Virus record (IMG/VR): IMGVR_UViG_3300028832_000130
Coordinates: 10,780 to 74,779 of that record
Direction: 5' to 3' (one strand)
Source of the DNA: a virus
Taxonomy: Duplodnaviria; Caudoviricetes
DNA: 64,000 nt
Under the pieces are notes generated by a model that saw only the letters and a list, made by a program, of their open reading frames with translations, made no database searches and was not told the DNA's origin. The translations under genes and the position numbers were made by a program. Of the stretch, positions 26,872 through 37,392 are shown in pieces (positions within the stretch are counted from its first letter, which is position 1; every line of letters begins with the position of its first letter).

Positions 26872-27690
26872 TCAATATCCGTATTTCTTCATTTCGTCGA
26901 AGTCCATAGACATGCTCTTTTTCTTGGGCTTCGGTGTAACGGCCTGGCCTTGTCCCTGACTGAATGAGGGCGGAACCTGTCTCTCGTCAAAGGTCTTTAC
27001 CTTGTTGGCATGTTTCTCGTTACGGGCTCGCATAGCTGCTTCCTCACGGGCATTGGCAATGTCCTGCTCATAGTTCATGGCATGCATGATAGCAGTCCAT
27101 ACGTCCTTGCTGACTTCACCACGCCAAGCGGGCAACCACACCTCATCCCAGAAGTATTCAAACATGCGGTTCTTCTGCTCATCACTAAGACCAAACTCTT
27201 TCTGAACGGCATCCAACTGCTCTACACTACGGGCAATGGCTTCATCCTTGGCGGCTTCGGCAGCTTCGCCGGCAGCCTGCCCCTTTTCCCACTCTGAGAA
27301 AGCGTCGGTGACCTTCTGCAATACATCTGGGTCATCAAGTGCGGCTTTGATATCAATGCCGTTCTTGGCCATCCATACCAACGGGTTCTCTTCCTCATCC
27401 TGCAACATGGCACCAATCCAACGGTGCTTGTTAAGGATGTTTGTCAACTGCTTACCGCTGTTTCTGAGATTTCTCAGCTCCTCACGGTCTCTGCCCATAC
27501 GCTCATAGCGGGCTTCCTTGTCCTCAAAATCTACGTCAGGGTTATCTTCCTTCCACATCGAGGCGTACTTGTCTCGGTTGGGACGTACAGGAACCTCTTG
27601 TACCTGCTCGGCCTCCACTGCTGGCTGGCCGTTCACGTCTACTTCCGTTTTCTTCTTGATTTCTGCCATAAAATTTCGAAATTTTTTCAC
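26872..27690 (-). CDS. Scaffolding-like protein
   Basis: Highly charged, helical, immediately upstream of MCP. Confidence 0.55.
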   Translation of the reverse strand: MKKFRNFMAEIKKKTEVDVNGQPAVEAEQVQEVPVRPNRDKYASMWKEDNPDVDFEDKEARYERMGRDREELRNLRNSGKQLTNILNKHRWIGAMLQDEEENPLVWMAKNGIDIKAALDDPDVLQKVTDAFSEWEKGQAAGEAAEAAKDEAIARSVEQLDAVQKEFGLSDEQKNRMFEYFWDEVWLPAWRGEVSKDVWTAIMHAMNYEQDIANAREEAAMRARNEKHANKVKTFDERQVPPSFSQGQGQAVTPKPKKKSMSMDFDEMKKYGY

Positions 27691-27691
27691 G

Positions 27692-27734
27692 GCAAATATA
27701 TAAGATGTATCAAAAGTCTTTTCCGATTCCGAAA
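27692..27734 (-). promoter_or_regulatory. Late promoter 1 (capsid operon)
   Basis: TTTCGGAATCGGAA-N20-TATATTTGC on minus strand. Confidence 0.7.
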
Positions 27735-27750
27735 TTGCGCCCCTAGCTTA

Positions 27751-27793
27751 TATCGGACACGGAATAAAAAGAGTGGTTTTCGCATATTTTTGC
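27751..27793 (+). promoter_or_regulatory. Late promoter 2 (portal/terminase operon)
   Basis: TATCGGACACGGAA-N20-TATTTTTGC. Confidence 0.7.
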
Positions 27794-27814
27794 GGCATAA
27801 AATACAGAAAACGA

Positions 27815-29800
27815 ATGGCTAAGATAAGAGCTTTATCATCAGTAATGCCTGTAGGGTCTGTGAACGACTCTGTACGCAACCGCAAGCGTAACAGTAGCGT
27901 AAGCAACATCCCTTTTCATCGTCGCCGTAGACAAGACTTAGACCTTATAGCAAGATGCAATCAGGCTTGGAACAACCTAGAAGACGTCCGACTGGTGCGT
28001 GATCGTATTCGTCGCTACACCTACGAAGACCAGTGGGGTGATGTTATTGAGTATCGTCACGGAACGATTACTGAACGCAAATACATTCAGTCGAAGGGTA
28101 ACGTTCCTTTGCAGAACAACATCATGATTTCCATTCTCAACTCTGTAGTGGGCTTGTATGCTAAGCAGAGTGGGGAGCCTAACTGCTTTGCCGTCAAGCA
28201 TGATGGGCAATGGTTATCCGATATGATGACTGCCACCATGCAAACGTCGTGGCAGAAAACATACATGCACGACGCTCTCAAAACGGCTTTTGAGGACTTT
28301 ATCATTGGCGGTGTAGCTGTCTCACGCGAGACTTACGAAGAGCGAAACGGACGCTACGACACTTGGACGGACTTCATCAATCCGAACTATGCTTTCTGGA
28401 TAGGTGGCACAGATGTCCGCATGACTGACTTGCAGATGGTCGGTGTGCTGCATGATGTTGCTCCTGGTCAGTTATACCGTAAGTTCTGCAATAGCCAGTA
28501 TGGTTGGACGGTAGACGAAATCAACAAGATATTCGAAATTGACAGCACAGACAACCATCGCTACTTCCGTTCTACAGGGTTACAACAGAACGAGCGCGAC
28601 CGTCTAGAACAAATCAGCTTTGATACACCATCGGACAACTCAAAGTGCCGACTTATCGAGGTTTGGACGAAAGAGACCAAGACTCGTTACCAGTGTTACG
28701 ACCCGCTGGCAGAGAATGGTGACGAGGTGGAATACCGTATTGAGCTGAATGACAAATGGCGCATTGACCGGGAGAACCAGCTTCGCATACAGCAGTATTT
28801 GCAGGTTGGTATTCCAGAAGATGAATGGGCACTGATAGAAACTGAGAAGATAGAGGATGAATACTGGTACTACACCTTTATGGCTCCTGATGGTACGGTT
28901 ATCGCCGAGGGCGAAAATCCCTACGAGACGAAAGACCATCCGTTTACCATCCGTCTCTATCCTTACGTCAACTCCGAGGTGCACCCGTTCATGGGCAACA
29001 TCATCGACCAGCAGCGCTACATCAACCGTCTTATCATCATGCACGACATGGCGGCACGCTCAGCAGCTAAGGGTCTGACTATTTTCCCAATAGAGAACAT
29101 CCCCGATGGCTATACCAAGCAGGATATAGCAGACGAAATGACTGAGTACGACGGTATTCTGTTCTTTGAGACCAACCGCATGAATCCGAACCTACGCCCG
29201 GAGATTATTTCTTCTGGTGCCGTACAGCTTGGTACACAGGATCTCTTGCAAATGCAGCTTAACCTTTCCCGTGAGATTACCAATGTATCGGGAGCACTAC
29301 AAGGCAAGACGCCTTCTGCTGGTACTTCGGCTGCTCGTTACGCACAAGAGACACAGAACGCTACCACATCGCTTGAATCACTCATGCAGGGCTTCACTTC
29401 GTTTACCGAGCAGATTGCCCGCAAGAAGTGTATGTTCATCAAGCAGTTCTATCGCAATGGTCGTATGGTCTACAACTCCATGCGTCAGCTTATCGACTAC
29501 GACAACCTCTCTTGTCGTGATGTGGACTTTGAAATCAGCATCAAGGAAGCAGCAGCAACAGCAGCCTATCAGACCTATGTCAACGATCAGGCCATGCAAC
29601 TTCTCCAGCTTGGTATCATCGACGGAGAAACATACCTCAACATCTGTAACCTGCCATTCAAGGACGATGCTCTTGCAGCAATTGAACAGCGCAAGGCTCA
29701 ACAGCTTGCCATGCAGCAACAGATGGAACAGCAGCTTGCCGCCAATCCTGCTAACCAGCAACAGGTCGCTAACGCACAACAAATGCTGCAGGCAGCATAA
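27815..29800 (+). CDS. Portal protein (P22-like)
   Basis: YTYEDQW, NNIMISILNSVVG, NIIDQQRYINR, REITNVSGALQG...TSAARYAQE, Q-rich C-terminal barrel; ATG 27815 preferred. Confidence 0.85.
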   Translation: MAKIRALSSVMPVGSVNDSVRNRKRNSSVSNIPFHRRRRQDLDLIARCNQAWNNLEDVRLVRDRIRRYTYEDQWGDVIEYRHGTITERKYIQSKGNVPLQNNIMISILNSVVGLYAKQSGEPNCFAVKHDGQWLSDMMTATMQTSWQKTYMHDALKTAFEDFIIGGVAVSRETYEERNGRYDTWTDFINPNYAFWIGGTDVRMTDLQMVGVLHDVAPGQLYRKFCNSQYGWTVDEINKIFEIDSTDNHRYFRSTGLQQNERDRLEQISFDTPSDNSKCRLIEVWTKETKTRYQCYDPLAENGDEVEYRIELNDKWRIDRENQLRIQQYLQVGIPEDEWALIETEKIEDEYWYYTFMAPDGTVIAEGENPYETKDHPFTIRLYPYVNSEVHPFMGNIIDQQRYINRLIIMHDMAARSAAKGLTIFPIENIPDGYTKQDIADEMTEYDGILFFETNRMNPNLRPEIISSGAVQLGTQDLLQMQLNLSREITNVSGALQGKTPSAGTSAARYAQETQNATTSLESLMQGFTSFTEQIARKKCMFIKQFYRNGRMVYNSMRQLIDYDNLSCRDVDFEISIKEAAATAAYQTYVNDQAMQLLQLGIIDGETYLNICNLPFKDDALAAIEQRKAQQLAMQQQMEQQLAANPANQQQVANAQQMLQAA

Positions 29801-29817
29801 CCGTAAATTCCAACAGC

Positions 29818-30522
29818 ATGACTATCACAATAGCAACAGTTATATCGGCAATTAAGCGCCATCTCTCCATAATCGGAAAGCGGCTCTACACCAAAGACGG
29901 AAAGAATATGTTTTCGGACATCACCCTTTCCTCAGCAGAAGATACGCCCATCCTTACGCAGTACATCAACGCTTCGGTGCAGAATGTTGAGGCGATGTTG
30001 AAGCAGTTTATCACAGCTTCTTCCTATTCTGCATCGGCCATTAACGTAACGATTACTAATACTCGTGGCGACAGCGATTTCCAAAACCGCGTGGCCGACT
30101 TGATAGACTCTTATGTCAGGCTTAACTCCATTGGGGAATATCTCTCTATGGTACACCCTGACCTTGCCAAGAAGTATCAGGACGATGCTTTGCAGCGTAT
30201 GGAGGCACTTGTGGAGTATGTGGTCTACAAGAAACCACCCACAGCACCTACTTATCAATATCCTTCCGAACTGACAGTTTCGGAAAATGCCGTAGATATA
30301 GGGGTCGGGGAGGAATATGACGTGAAGTATAGCATTTCCGAGGGTGCTATTGATGATATTGAAATAGCTGTTGAAGATGCTACGCTCATTGATGCTATGC
30401 GTACTGTGGCTGGGTTTGTCATTAAAGGCAAGCTGTTAGGGCACACTCCTGTTAAGTTGTTCTCTCGCCACAACAAAGAGGTTTCAGCAACCATTCAAGT
30501 TTACGTTACAGACCAATCTTAG
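29818..30522 (+). CDS. Head-tail adaptor-like protein with C-terminal Ig-like domain (paralogue A)
   Basis: Follows portal; C-term IGVGEEYDVKYSISEGAIDDI...LFSRHN. Confidence 0.55.
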   Translation: MTITIATVISAIKRHLSIIGKRLYTKDGKNMFSDITLSSAEDTPILTQYINASVQNVEAMLKQFITASSYSASAINVTITNTRGDSDFQNRVADLIDSYVRLNSIGEYLSMVHPDLAKKYQDDALQRMEALVEYVVYKKPPTAPTYQYPSELTVSENAVDIGVGEEYDVKYSISEGAIDDIEIAVEDATLIDAMRTVAGFVIKGKLLGHTPVKLFSRHNKEVSATIQVYVTDQS

Positions 30523-30527
30523 AAACT

Positions 30528-31280
30528 ATGGATAATACAATACTATTAACGCTCTACAAGCCACAGATTCTTGAATCGGTCAAGAACGAGACATATAAGA
30601 GTGGCCGCTTTGAAAAGGCAGCAGACGCCAAGGCTATATCTACAGCTTATGAGATACAGGCAGGAAATGAAGAATACCAAGAGCGTCTTTTAGAGCGCTC
30701 TTTCAGTACAAGTCTGGAAGAGTTGAAAACGAACCTTTCCGATTACCTGCAGGATAGCGGAGGCTCTACTGGTGACAACATCTATTCCTCGAAGAGTGAA
30801 AGCAATGTCATAATCTCTCTCGTTGTCGGCAACAGATTTAACAAAAGCTATACGGATTCTCTGGCAAAGCTTTGTGCCAAATATGTTGAGGAAGTAATGC
30901 TTGTGGATTGGTGGCGACCCATCAACGAGAAGAAATCATCCCTTTACGCTCAATTCGTAGAACGTGACCTTACCGCTATAAAACGATGCTTCAACAAAAC
31001 TGCTCCCGTAGCACCTTCCTACAAATATCCCACTACGCTCAATGTCGTTGGCTCCGTAATAGCTATAGGTGTTGGCGAAGAGCGTACCGTCACTTACTCA
31101 ATATCGGATGGCGCTATCGACGATATTAACATTCGTGTTCAAGATCCTAATGTGTGTGGTGTCGGTTCTTCAAATGAGGGCGCTACAGTCATTGGAAAGA
31201 ACTTCGGAGAAACTTACATTCAGCTCTATTCTCGTCACAACGAGGAACTGTCTAAGACCATTCAGGTTCGCGTAGTTTAG
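30528..31280 (+). CDS. Head-tail adaptor-like protein with C-terminal Ig-like domain (paralogue B)
   Basis: C-term IGVGEERTVTYSISDGAIDDI...LYSRHN. Confidence 0.55.
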   Translation: MDNTILLTLYKPQILESVKNETYKSGRFEKAADAKAISTAYEIQAGNEEYQERLLERSFSTSLEELKTNLSDYLQDSGGSTGDNIYSSKSESNVIISLVVGNRFNKSYTDSLAKLCAKYVEEVMLVDWWRPINEKKSSLYAQFVERDLTAIKRCFNKTAPVAPSYKYPTTLNVVGSVIAIGVGEERTVTYSISDGAIDDINIRVQDPNVCGVGSSNEGATVIGKNFGETYIQLYSRHNEELSKTIQVRVV

Positions 31281-31303
31281 TTCCTATAATATAAATAAGG
31301 TGT

Positions 31304-31948
31304 ATGGATATACTTCACAACAAAGAACAAGGAGGCTACAGACCCGTTCCGTTGAAAGGGATGCGCCCACCTCTTCCAGATGATAACTGGCCTTATCACA
31401 ATCACCCGTCAACACCACACGACCCTCAGTATGGCATCAAAGACCCCAAGTCAGAACGCCATATCTTCATCAGTCGTGATGCCGTCATGTTTGCGGTAGA
31501 CACGCAGATACAGATGATAGCAGAGTCACGTCGAAAAGACGATGGCCGTGATGATGACCGTCTTACCAATGCCACTACCAAGTATCAGCAGATGTTCTAT
31601 AGTTGGTTCGATACGCATGTGGGAAAGGCAAAGAATAAGATGCAGGCATTTGTGTTGGAAAAGTCAAAGGCTACCAACATGAACACCATAAAAGATAAGG
31701 AAGAGATAGACATCGAACTGTTAATGCCAGAATGGTGGGACGATACCATCTTTGACCAGCTTACCTCAGCGGTTAACGATTATGTCGTTAATGCCATCCT
31801 GCAGGAGTACTTCACCGTCACGCTGACATCTAAAGACCCCGTGACAGTCGATAAGGCAACGCTCGCCATCGATGCTCTTAACGACATTTGCAAGCTGGCA
31901 AATGCCAACAAGCCTGGAACAATCCGTAAACACCTTAGCCCATTTTGA
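31304..31948 (+). CDS. Adaptor-like hypothetical protein
   Basis: Helical; AVNDYVVNAILQEYF resembles the core of the two preceding genes. Confidence 0.5.
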   Translation: MDILHNKEQGGYRPVPLKGMRPPLPDDNWPYHNHPSTPHDPQYGIKDPKSERHIFISRDAVMFAVDTQIQMIAESRRKDDGRDDDRLTNATTKYQQMFYSWFDTHVGKAKNKMQAFVLEKSKATNMNTIKDKEEIDIELLMPEWWDDTIFDQLTSAVNDYVVNAILQEYFTVTLTSKDPVTVDKATLAIDALNDICKLANANKPGTIRKHLSPF

Positions 31949-31969
31949 TTGCATGGTCTGTGATAAGAT

Positions 31970-32485
31970 ATGAATATTAGGTACGTTAAGATATTAGTGT
32001 TTTTTATGTTGGTGGGGTCGTATTTCTTTTTACCGAAGTACGGCTTCACTTCTTTTGACGGTTCTTTTTCTGGATACGACATAGCAAACCACTTCCTATA
32101 TCCATTCTCGCATGCCAACATCTGGCACCTCTTGGCAAACATGCTGTGTCTTTTCATGATTCGTTGCAAGATGCACCTCATAGCAACCTATCTGATTGCC
32201 GTGCTGTGCTCATTCCTGCCATCATTCTCTATATACGACTGCGTTATGCAATGTGGTTTTGCTGCTTTGTCTGAACCTACATATGGCTTTAGTGGCATCC
32301 TCTTCGCTATGGTCGGTATCTCTTGGGGTAAGATACATCGTCTTAGGGACATGGTTGCCCGAAACAAGTGGTTCCTTATCATTCCCGCTTTCCTACCTCA
32401 CGTCAACTTCCTCATTCATATATACTGCCTCTTTGCAGGCTACCTATACGGAACATTATGCGCCAAGAAATCCGAGAACTCGTAA
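31970..32485 (+). CDS. Rhomboid-family intramembrane serine protease
   Basis: YPFSHANIWHLLANM (H-x4-H-x3-N), GFSG (catalytic Ser), HIYCLFAG (catalytic His in H-x3-x-x-G); multiple TMs. Confidence 0.88.
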   Translation: MNIRYVKILVFFMLVGSYFFLPKYGFTSFDGSFSGYDIANHFLYPFSHANIWHLLANMLCLFMIRCKMHLIATYLIAVLCSFLPSFSIYDCVMQCGFAALSEPTYGFSGILFAMVGISWGKIHRLRDMVARNKWFLIIPAFLPHVNFLIHIYCLFAGYLYGTLCAKKSENS

Positions 32486-34611
32486 ACGAGAACCACAACC
32501 GCCGCCAGCTTATCTACGGCCCATATGACCAACTCACGGGTATAGGCTGCTACGGTTTTGCAGAAGGTCTTCGCAAGCGCGTAGTCATTCCAGACTGCAT
32601 GATACCAGAAATGTTTGTCATGAAGGAAACCTTAGAGACTGGTATCTTCCATGAGGTGTTGCGCTTCGGCACTATTCGCAGGTTTATTGAAGAGGGCTGT
32701 CACAGAGACTATGATGCTGACTACCATCAGGACGTAGAAGAGGCATTGTTCCAAGCTCGTTGTGCTGACGATCCGGAGTTTGCATTTATCATTACTGACA
32801 AGATTGTGGATAAGGTGTCTGGCAAGATGATACCTTTCACCCTTCGCTATGCCCAGCGAGTACTCTTGAAGGTGTTTGAAGAGCGCAGACGTGCTGGTAA
32901 GGCTATCCTTGTTGTATTGTTGAAGGCTCGTCAGTGGGGTGGTTCTACGCTTACACAGATGTATATGAAGTGGATGCAGGGCTATCGCCACCCGAATGGA
33001 TGGAACGCCGCTATCGTCACGCAGGCAGACTCTACCTCTAAGAAGATTAAGGCTATGTACCGCAAATCTTTGGAGGTTCAGCCCGGATGGACGATTGGTA
33101 TGCCTGGTGCCAAACTGGAAATGACACGCTACGAGAACTCTGACTCTGACTTTCAGATATCCGATGGAAAATTCCTTGTCCGTTCTTCCATTCTCTCTAT
33201 TGCATCGTTCAACTCCTTTGAGAAGTGTCGTGGTGACAACTACAAGCTGGCACACTTCTCTGAGGTGGCATCGTGGAAGAAGACTCCCGAACACGACCCT
33301 GACGAGGTGCGCGCCAATATCCAAGGTGGTTTCTTAAATCTGCCCGACGAGATGGCGGTCTATGAGTCTACGGGTAAGGGTAACTCTGGCTTCTTCTACG
33401 ACTTGTGTCAGGACGCTATGGCCGAAAACTCCACCTCTGCCTACTCCTTTGTGTTCATTCCTTTCTTCCTCATTGAGCAGGACATGAAACCCATGTGGCA
33501 CAATGGCTTTACAGAGAAGGAGGAAGAAGAGTTTGCAGAATGGCTGTGGGCTAACCGCAACAAGGACAGTGAGGTGCCTGGATTCCGTGAGTCGGGCAAG
33601 TTTTTCTGGAAGATATGGAAGATGGGCGCTTGCTTTGAGGCTATCAACTGGTATCGCTATAAGCGTAACGAGCACAAGACGCATGGTTATATGGCTTCTG
33701 AGGCTCCCATCGACCCCGTTGAGGCTTTCCGTAATTCTGGTAACGCAGTCTTTGACCCATACTCCATCGACGACCTCAAAGACGACTGTCAGGCACCAAA
33801 GAAGCCGATGTACTATGCCGATGTGGTACTTAAACCCTTCGAGAAACGTTCTCGTGCTGTCTATCTGGATGCAAAGGTTGTTGTTCGCGAGGACAACCAA
33901 GGCGAGTTAAAGGTTTGGTCTGCCCCCAACAACCACATCTTCAAGGTCAAGAACCGCTACCTTGTCTCAGTCGATATTGGTGGTGCTTCCGACAAGGCTG
34001 ACTATACGGTAATGACTGTCATTGACCAGATGGGATTGTGTAAGGAGGTCAAAGGCCGTCCCCGTGTGGTAGCCCGTTGGCGAGGCCATGTCCGTCACGA
34101 TATTCTTGCATGGAAAGCTGCTGCCTTGGCTCACTACTACGACGATGCTCTGCTGATTATCGAGAGTAACACGGCAGACCGAGAGAAAGATACCAATACC
34201 GAGGGCGACCACTTCGGAACCATCATCAACGAGATTTCTAAGTTCTACCCCAATCTCTATCAGCGCAACAAGACTCCCGAAAGCGTGCAAGAGGGTATCG
34301 AACCCATCTACGGTTTCCAGACCAACGTCAAGACCAAGCAGTGGATAATAGACAACCTTATTGCTTGCGTTGACGATAAGCTGTGGGAAGAACCAGACGA
34401 GCAGATGTATATGGAGTTGGGATGGTATGAGCGCGACCCCGATACAGGCAAGATGGGCAACCAGCCAGGCTCTAACCGTCACGACGACGTGCTCATGTCT
34501 ACTGCCATTGGTCTCTATGTAGCCTACAACAACGACATCTACCGTCCTTCATGGCGCACAGAAGCACCCAAGGAGAAGAAACAACGCATTCACACAGAAG
34601 CAGAAATATAA
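32458..34611 (+). CDS. terL: Terminase large subunit
   Basis: LKARQWGGST Walker A; AHFSEVA Walker B; YESTGKG; VSVDIGG and HDDVLMS nuclease motifs; ATG 32458 preferred. Confidence 0.92.
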   Translation: MRQEIRELVNENHNRRQLIYGPYDQLTGIGCYGFAEGLRKRVVIPDCMIPEMFVMKETLETGIFHEVLRFGTIRRFIEEGCHRDYDADYHQDVEEALFQARCADDPEFAFIITDKIVDKVSGKMIPFTLRYAQRVLLKVFEERRRAGKAILVVLLKARQWGGSTLTQMYMKWMQGYRHPNGWNAAIVTQADSTSKKIKAMYRKSLEVQPGWTIGMPGAKLEMTRYENSDSDFQISDGKFLVRSSILSIASFNSFEKCRGDNYKLAHFSEVASWKKTPEHDPDEVRANIQGGFLNLPDEMAVYESTGKGNSGFFYDLCQDAMAENSTSAYSFVFIPFFLIEQDMKPMWHNGFTEKEEEEFAEWLWANRNKDSEVPGFRESGKFFWKIWKMGACFEAINWYRYKRNEHKTHGYMASEAPIDPVEAFRNSGNAVFDPYSIDDLKDDCQAPKKPMYYADVVLKPFEKRSRAVYLDAKVVVREDNQGELKVWSAPNNHIFKVKNRYLVSVDIGGASDKADYTVMTVIDQMGLCKEVKGRPRVVARWRGHVRHDILAWKAAALAHYYDDALLIIESNTADREKDTNTEGDHFGTIINEISKFYPNLYQRNKTPESVQEGIEPIYGFQTNVKTKQWIIDNLIACVDDKLWEEPDEQMYMELGWYERDPDTGKMGNQPGSNRHDDVLMSTAIGLYVAYNNDIYRPSWRTEAPKEKKQRIHTEAEI

Positions 34612-34625
34612 AAAAGACAATAGCT

Positions 34626-37286
34626 ATGAACGAAAAGCAGCAACAACTAACATTCGACAAAGGAATAACCAATGTTCCCTCCGATGCTCTGTGCTCTGAC
34701 AACACTTTGCAGGAATGTGTCGGCATGGTGTATGACAATGGAGAGCACAGGCCGATACAGAAGCCGTCAGTAAAGGCGACGGATTGCGAAGGTGTTGTCA
34801 TGTTCATTCACAACCCCAACAGCAGCACAGAGAACTATATCTATGTTGAGGCCGACAACGATCTGGCATGGGGACAGAGGAACACAGATGGGAAAATCGA
34901 ATTAATGGGGACCCTGGAGTCTGGCATCAACAAGGACGAGACACAGATAACTGCTATCGGCAAGACGCTCATCGTCAACAAACCGTCAGGACTGACCTAT
35001 TACAGCTGGAAGGGAGAAGGCTACAGCCAGCTTGCTTCTGCCATTCCTGACATTGATATTGACTTTCGACTGATTATACCCGACGGGGGAGGACTCCATA
35101 CCGAAGAAACGGGGGATGTATCCGAATTCTTTAACGGGCCATATAGAGATGTTGTCGTCCAGCAAGAAGCCTGGAATGATACTGTTATAGGAACGTACCA
35201 TGAATGCAAGAATTACATTGCCAAGGAGAAGAAAGGTTTTGTAGGCCCGTTTTTTATAAGAGCTGCCGTTAAGATGTACGATGGTTCCTATGTGAAACTG
35301 ACGCCACCTATCCTTATTGTTCCGTCAGTGCAGGATAATCACTCTGGGTATTTCTATAATGGTGATGGACATTTTAAGATGACAATGTTCTATAGGGCAT
35401 TGCAGTATAAGATAAACACGGACTATTCAGACTATAGAGACTTGGTGACAAGTGTCGTAGTGTTTGTCAGTGACCAGGTAGAGACACACAACACGACTCA
35501 GTCTGAATACGGGTCACCGTATTCTATGACGCGAGTCACTGAAGCCAACAACGTAGAACATGTATGTATCAGAAAAGCCGATAACGGAGGATATAGCGCT
35601 CGTTACAGTGATATTGTACAATGTGGTGATAATTCTCAAGAAAGCAGTCAAGATTGGATATATAGAGCATGGGGATTCCGCGTCTTGAACAGAAGATCGG
35701 AAAACGACATCAACAAGGACCTGCAAGAGATAAGCATCTTCTATAAGCTTTTCGAAACTGAAGATATTTTCACTAATCTTACAATTTGGAATGATGCCAG
35801 CTCTGATATCAGAGACGGTGTCATGGGGAATATCAGGACACAAGAGCAACTACCAGACGAGTACTATGGTCACACAGAACGCTCTGGCTCTTATGCCTAT
35901 GTGTATAACTCACGCCTCAATCTGGCAAACGTTCAGCGTACCTTCTTTAAAGGGTTTAGAAAGTTGATGCCTTACGATTGGTATCTTAACAATACAGATA
36001 CAAATGCTATTACAAAATACTACGAAATATATGTTGACATAGAAACAGATGGAGGCGACATAACAGTAAAAGACTCATTTACCAGTTCAGAACGCTTCGG
36101 TTTATGGTTCTACTATCCAGACCCAAGAGCAAAGCGAGTAAGGATATTCCAAAGAGCAATAGATGGTGGCCCTCTTATGCTTTTCCTGGACGAAAACCTA
36201 AAGGAGCATACTGGTCTAAATGGCGCATACTACTTTGATGGTTTGCCGTTTGAGAGCGAATTTAATAAACTTCTTGAATTAGCAGATATTCCAACAGAAA
36301 GCACAGAACTTACGGAGACGCTGAACAATACCATTATCACTTCAGAGGTTAACAACCCGTATATCTTCAATGCCAGCGGCTATAACCAGGCAGGTGACGG
36401 AACGATATTCGCTGTAATAGCCAATACGAAAGCACTCTCACAGGGACAGTTCGGCCAGTACCCGCTGATGATATTCACAGATAAGGGTATATGGGCTATG
36501 GAGCTGAACAATACAGGACTCTTCGTATCTTCGACACCAGCATCCAGGGAGGTGTGCAACAATGCTGCTTCCATCGTGCAGACGGACGGTGCCATCTTCT
36601 TCTCGTCAGAGAAAGGACTGATGGTTATGGTCGGCTCTGATGTGAAGTGTGTCTCTGAGCAGATGGGTGGCGACTTCAAAGACTTCCTCAAGCATGCAAA
36701 GATAGCCTACGACTACCGAGACAGCTTGTTATGGATCATGGGTCCTGCTGACAGCTATGCATATATCTATGCCATCAAGAACGGCACCTTCCACAAGACT
36801 GACCTGCTGACAGTGGCAGGCCCGTTAGAGGATGATGTCCCTGTAAATGTTGTCAACAAATATCCCGACATGCTGATACAGGTAGACGATACGATATACT
36901 CTCTTCTGGAAAAGCCCTTGGAACATGACGATGACAACACATACCACGGCACGATTGTTACCCGCCCCATCAAGCTGGAGAATGGTCTTGCATTAAAGAG
37001 CATTATGCAGATAAGACACGTTTTGCAGTTCTCTCCATACACGGTGACAGAGACCCACGAAGAGGAAGAGGTGGAGGTAACACAACGTGGAACTATGACA
37101 CTCCGCATATTTGCCTCAAACAACCTCGACCCAGACCCAGACACATGGGTAGAACTTCACTCTCTGCGTGGCACCCCGTGGAAGTATTATAAGTTCCGCT
37201 ACGACTTCGCAGACATGAAGGCTACGGATAGGTTTGCTGGCACAATGCTTATCACACAGGAAAGAAGAAGTAATAAGTTGCGATAA
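34626..37286 (+). CDS. Tail stabilisation/hub protein (P22 gp10-like)
   Basis: 911-aa-scale beta-rich protein after terL; LSQGQFGQYPLMIFT, AIFFSSEKGL; ATG 34626 preferred. Confidence 0.65.
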   Translation: MNEKQQQLTFDKGITNVPSDALCSDNTLQECVGMVYDNGEHRPIQKPSVKATDCEGVVMFIHNPNSSTENYIYVEADNDLAWGQRNTDGKIELMGTLESGINKDETQITAIGKTLIVNKPSGLTYYSWKGEGYSQLASAIPDIDIDFRLIIPDGGGLHTEETGDVSEFFNGPYRDVVVQQEAWNDTVIGTYHECKNYIAKEKKGFVGPFFIRAAVKMYDGSYVKLTPPILIVPSVQDNHSGYFYNGDGHFKMTMFYRALQYKINTDYSDYRDLVTSVVVFVSDQVETHNTTQSEYGSPYSMTRVTEANNVEHVCIRKADNGGYSARYSDIVQCGDNSQESSQDWIYRAWGFRVLNRRSENDINKDLQEISIFYKLFETEDIFTNLTIWNDASSDIRDGVMGNIRTQEQLPDEYYGHTERSGSYAYVYNSRLNLANVQRTFFKGFRKLMPYDWYLNNTDTNAITKYYEIYVDIETDGGDITVKDSFTSSERFGLWFYYPDPRAKRVRIFQRAIDGGPLMLFLDENLKEHTGLNGAYYFDGLPFESEFNKLLELADIPTESTELTETLNNTIITSEVNNPYIFNASGYNQAGDGTIFAVIANTKALSQGQFGQYPLMIFTDKGIWAMELNNTGLFVSSTPASREVCNNAASIVQTDGAIFFSSEKGLMVMVGSDVKCVSEQMGGDFKDFLKHAKIAYDYRDSLLWIMGPADSYAYIYAIKNGTFHKTDLLTVAGPLEDDVPVNVVNKYPDMLIQVDDTIYSLLEKPLEHDDDNTYHGTIVTRPIKLENGLALKSIMQIRHVLQFSPYTVTETHEEEEVEVTQRGTMTLRIFASNNLDPDPDTWVELHSLRGTPWKYYKFRYDFADMKATDRFAGTMLITQERRSNKLR

Positions 37287-37354
37287 ATGTTAATTGTTAT
37301 TAGTGTATTCATAGTTTGATAGTTTTAGGTTAGTAGTATTCTTTTTTGAAAATG

Positions 37355-37387
37355 GAAACGACCCGTCCGTGATGGATAGGTCGTTTC
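37355..37387. terminator. GNRA-capped hairpin between convergent genes
   Basis: GAAACGACC-CGTCC-GTGA-TGGATA-GGTCGTTTC. Confidence 0.65.
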
Positions 37388-37392
37388 ACTCT

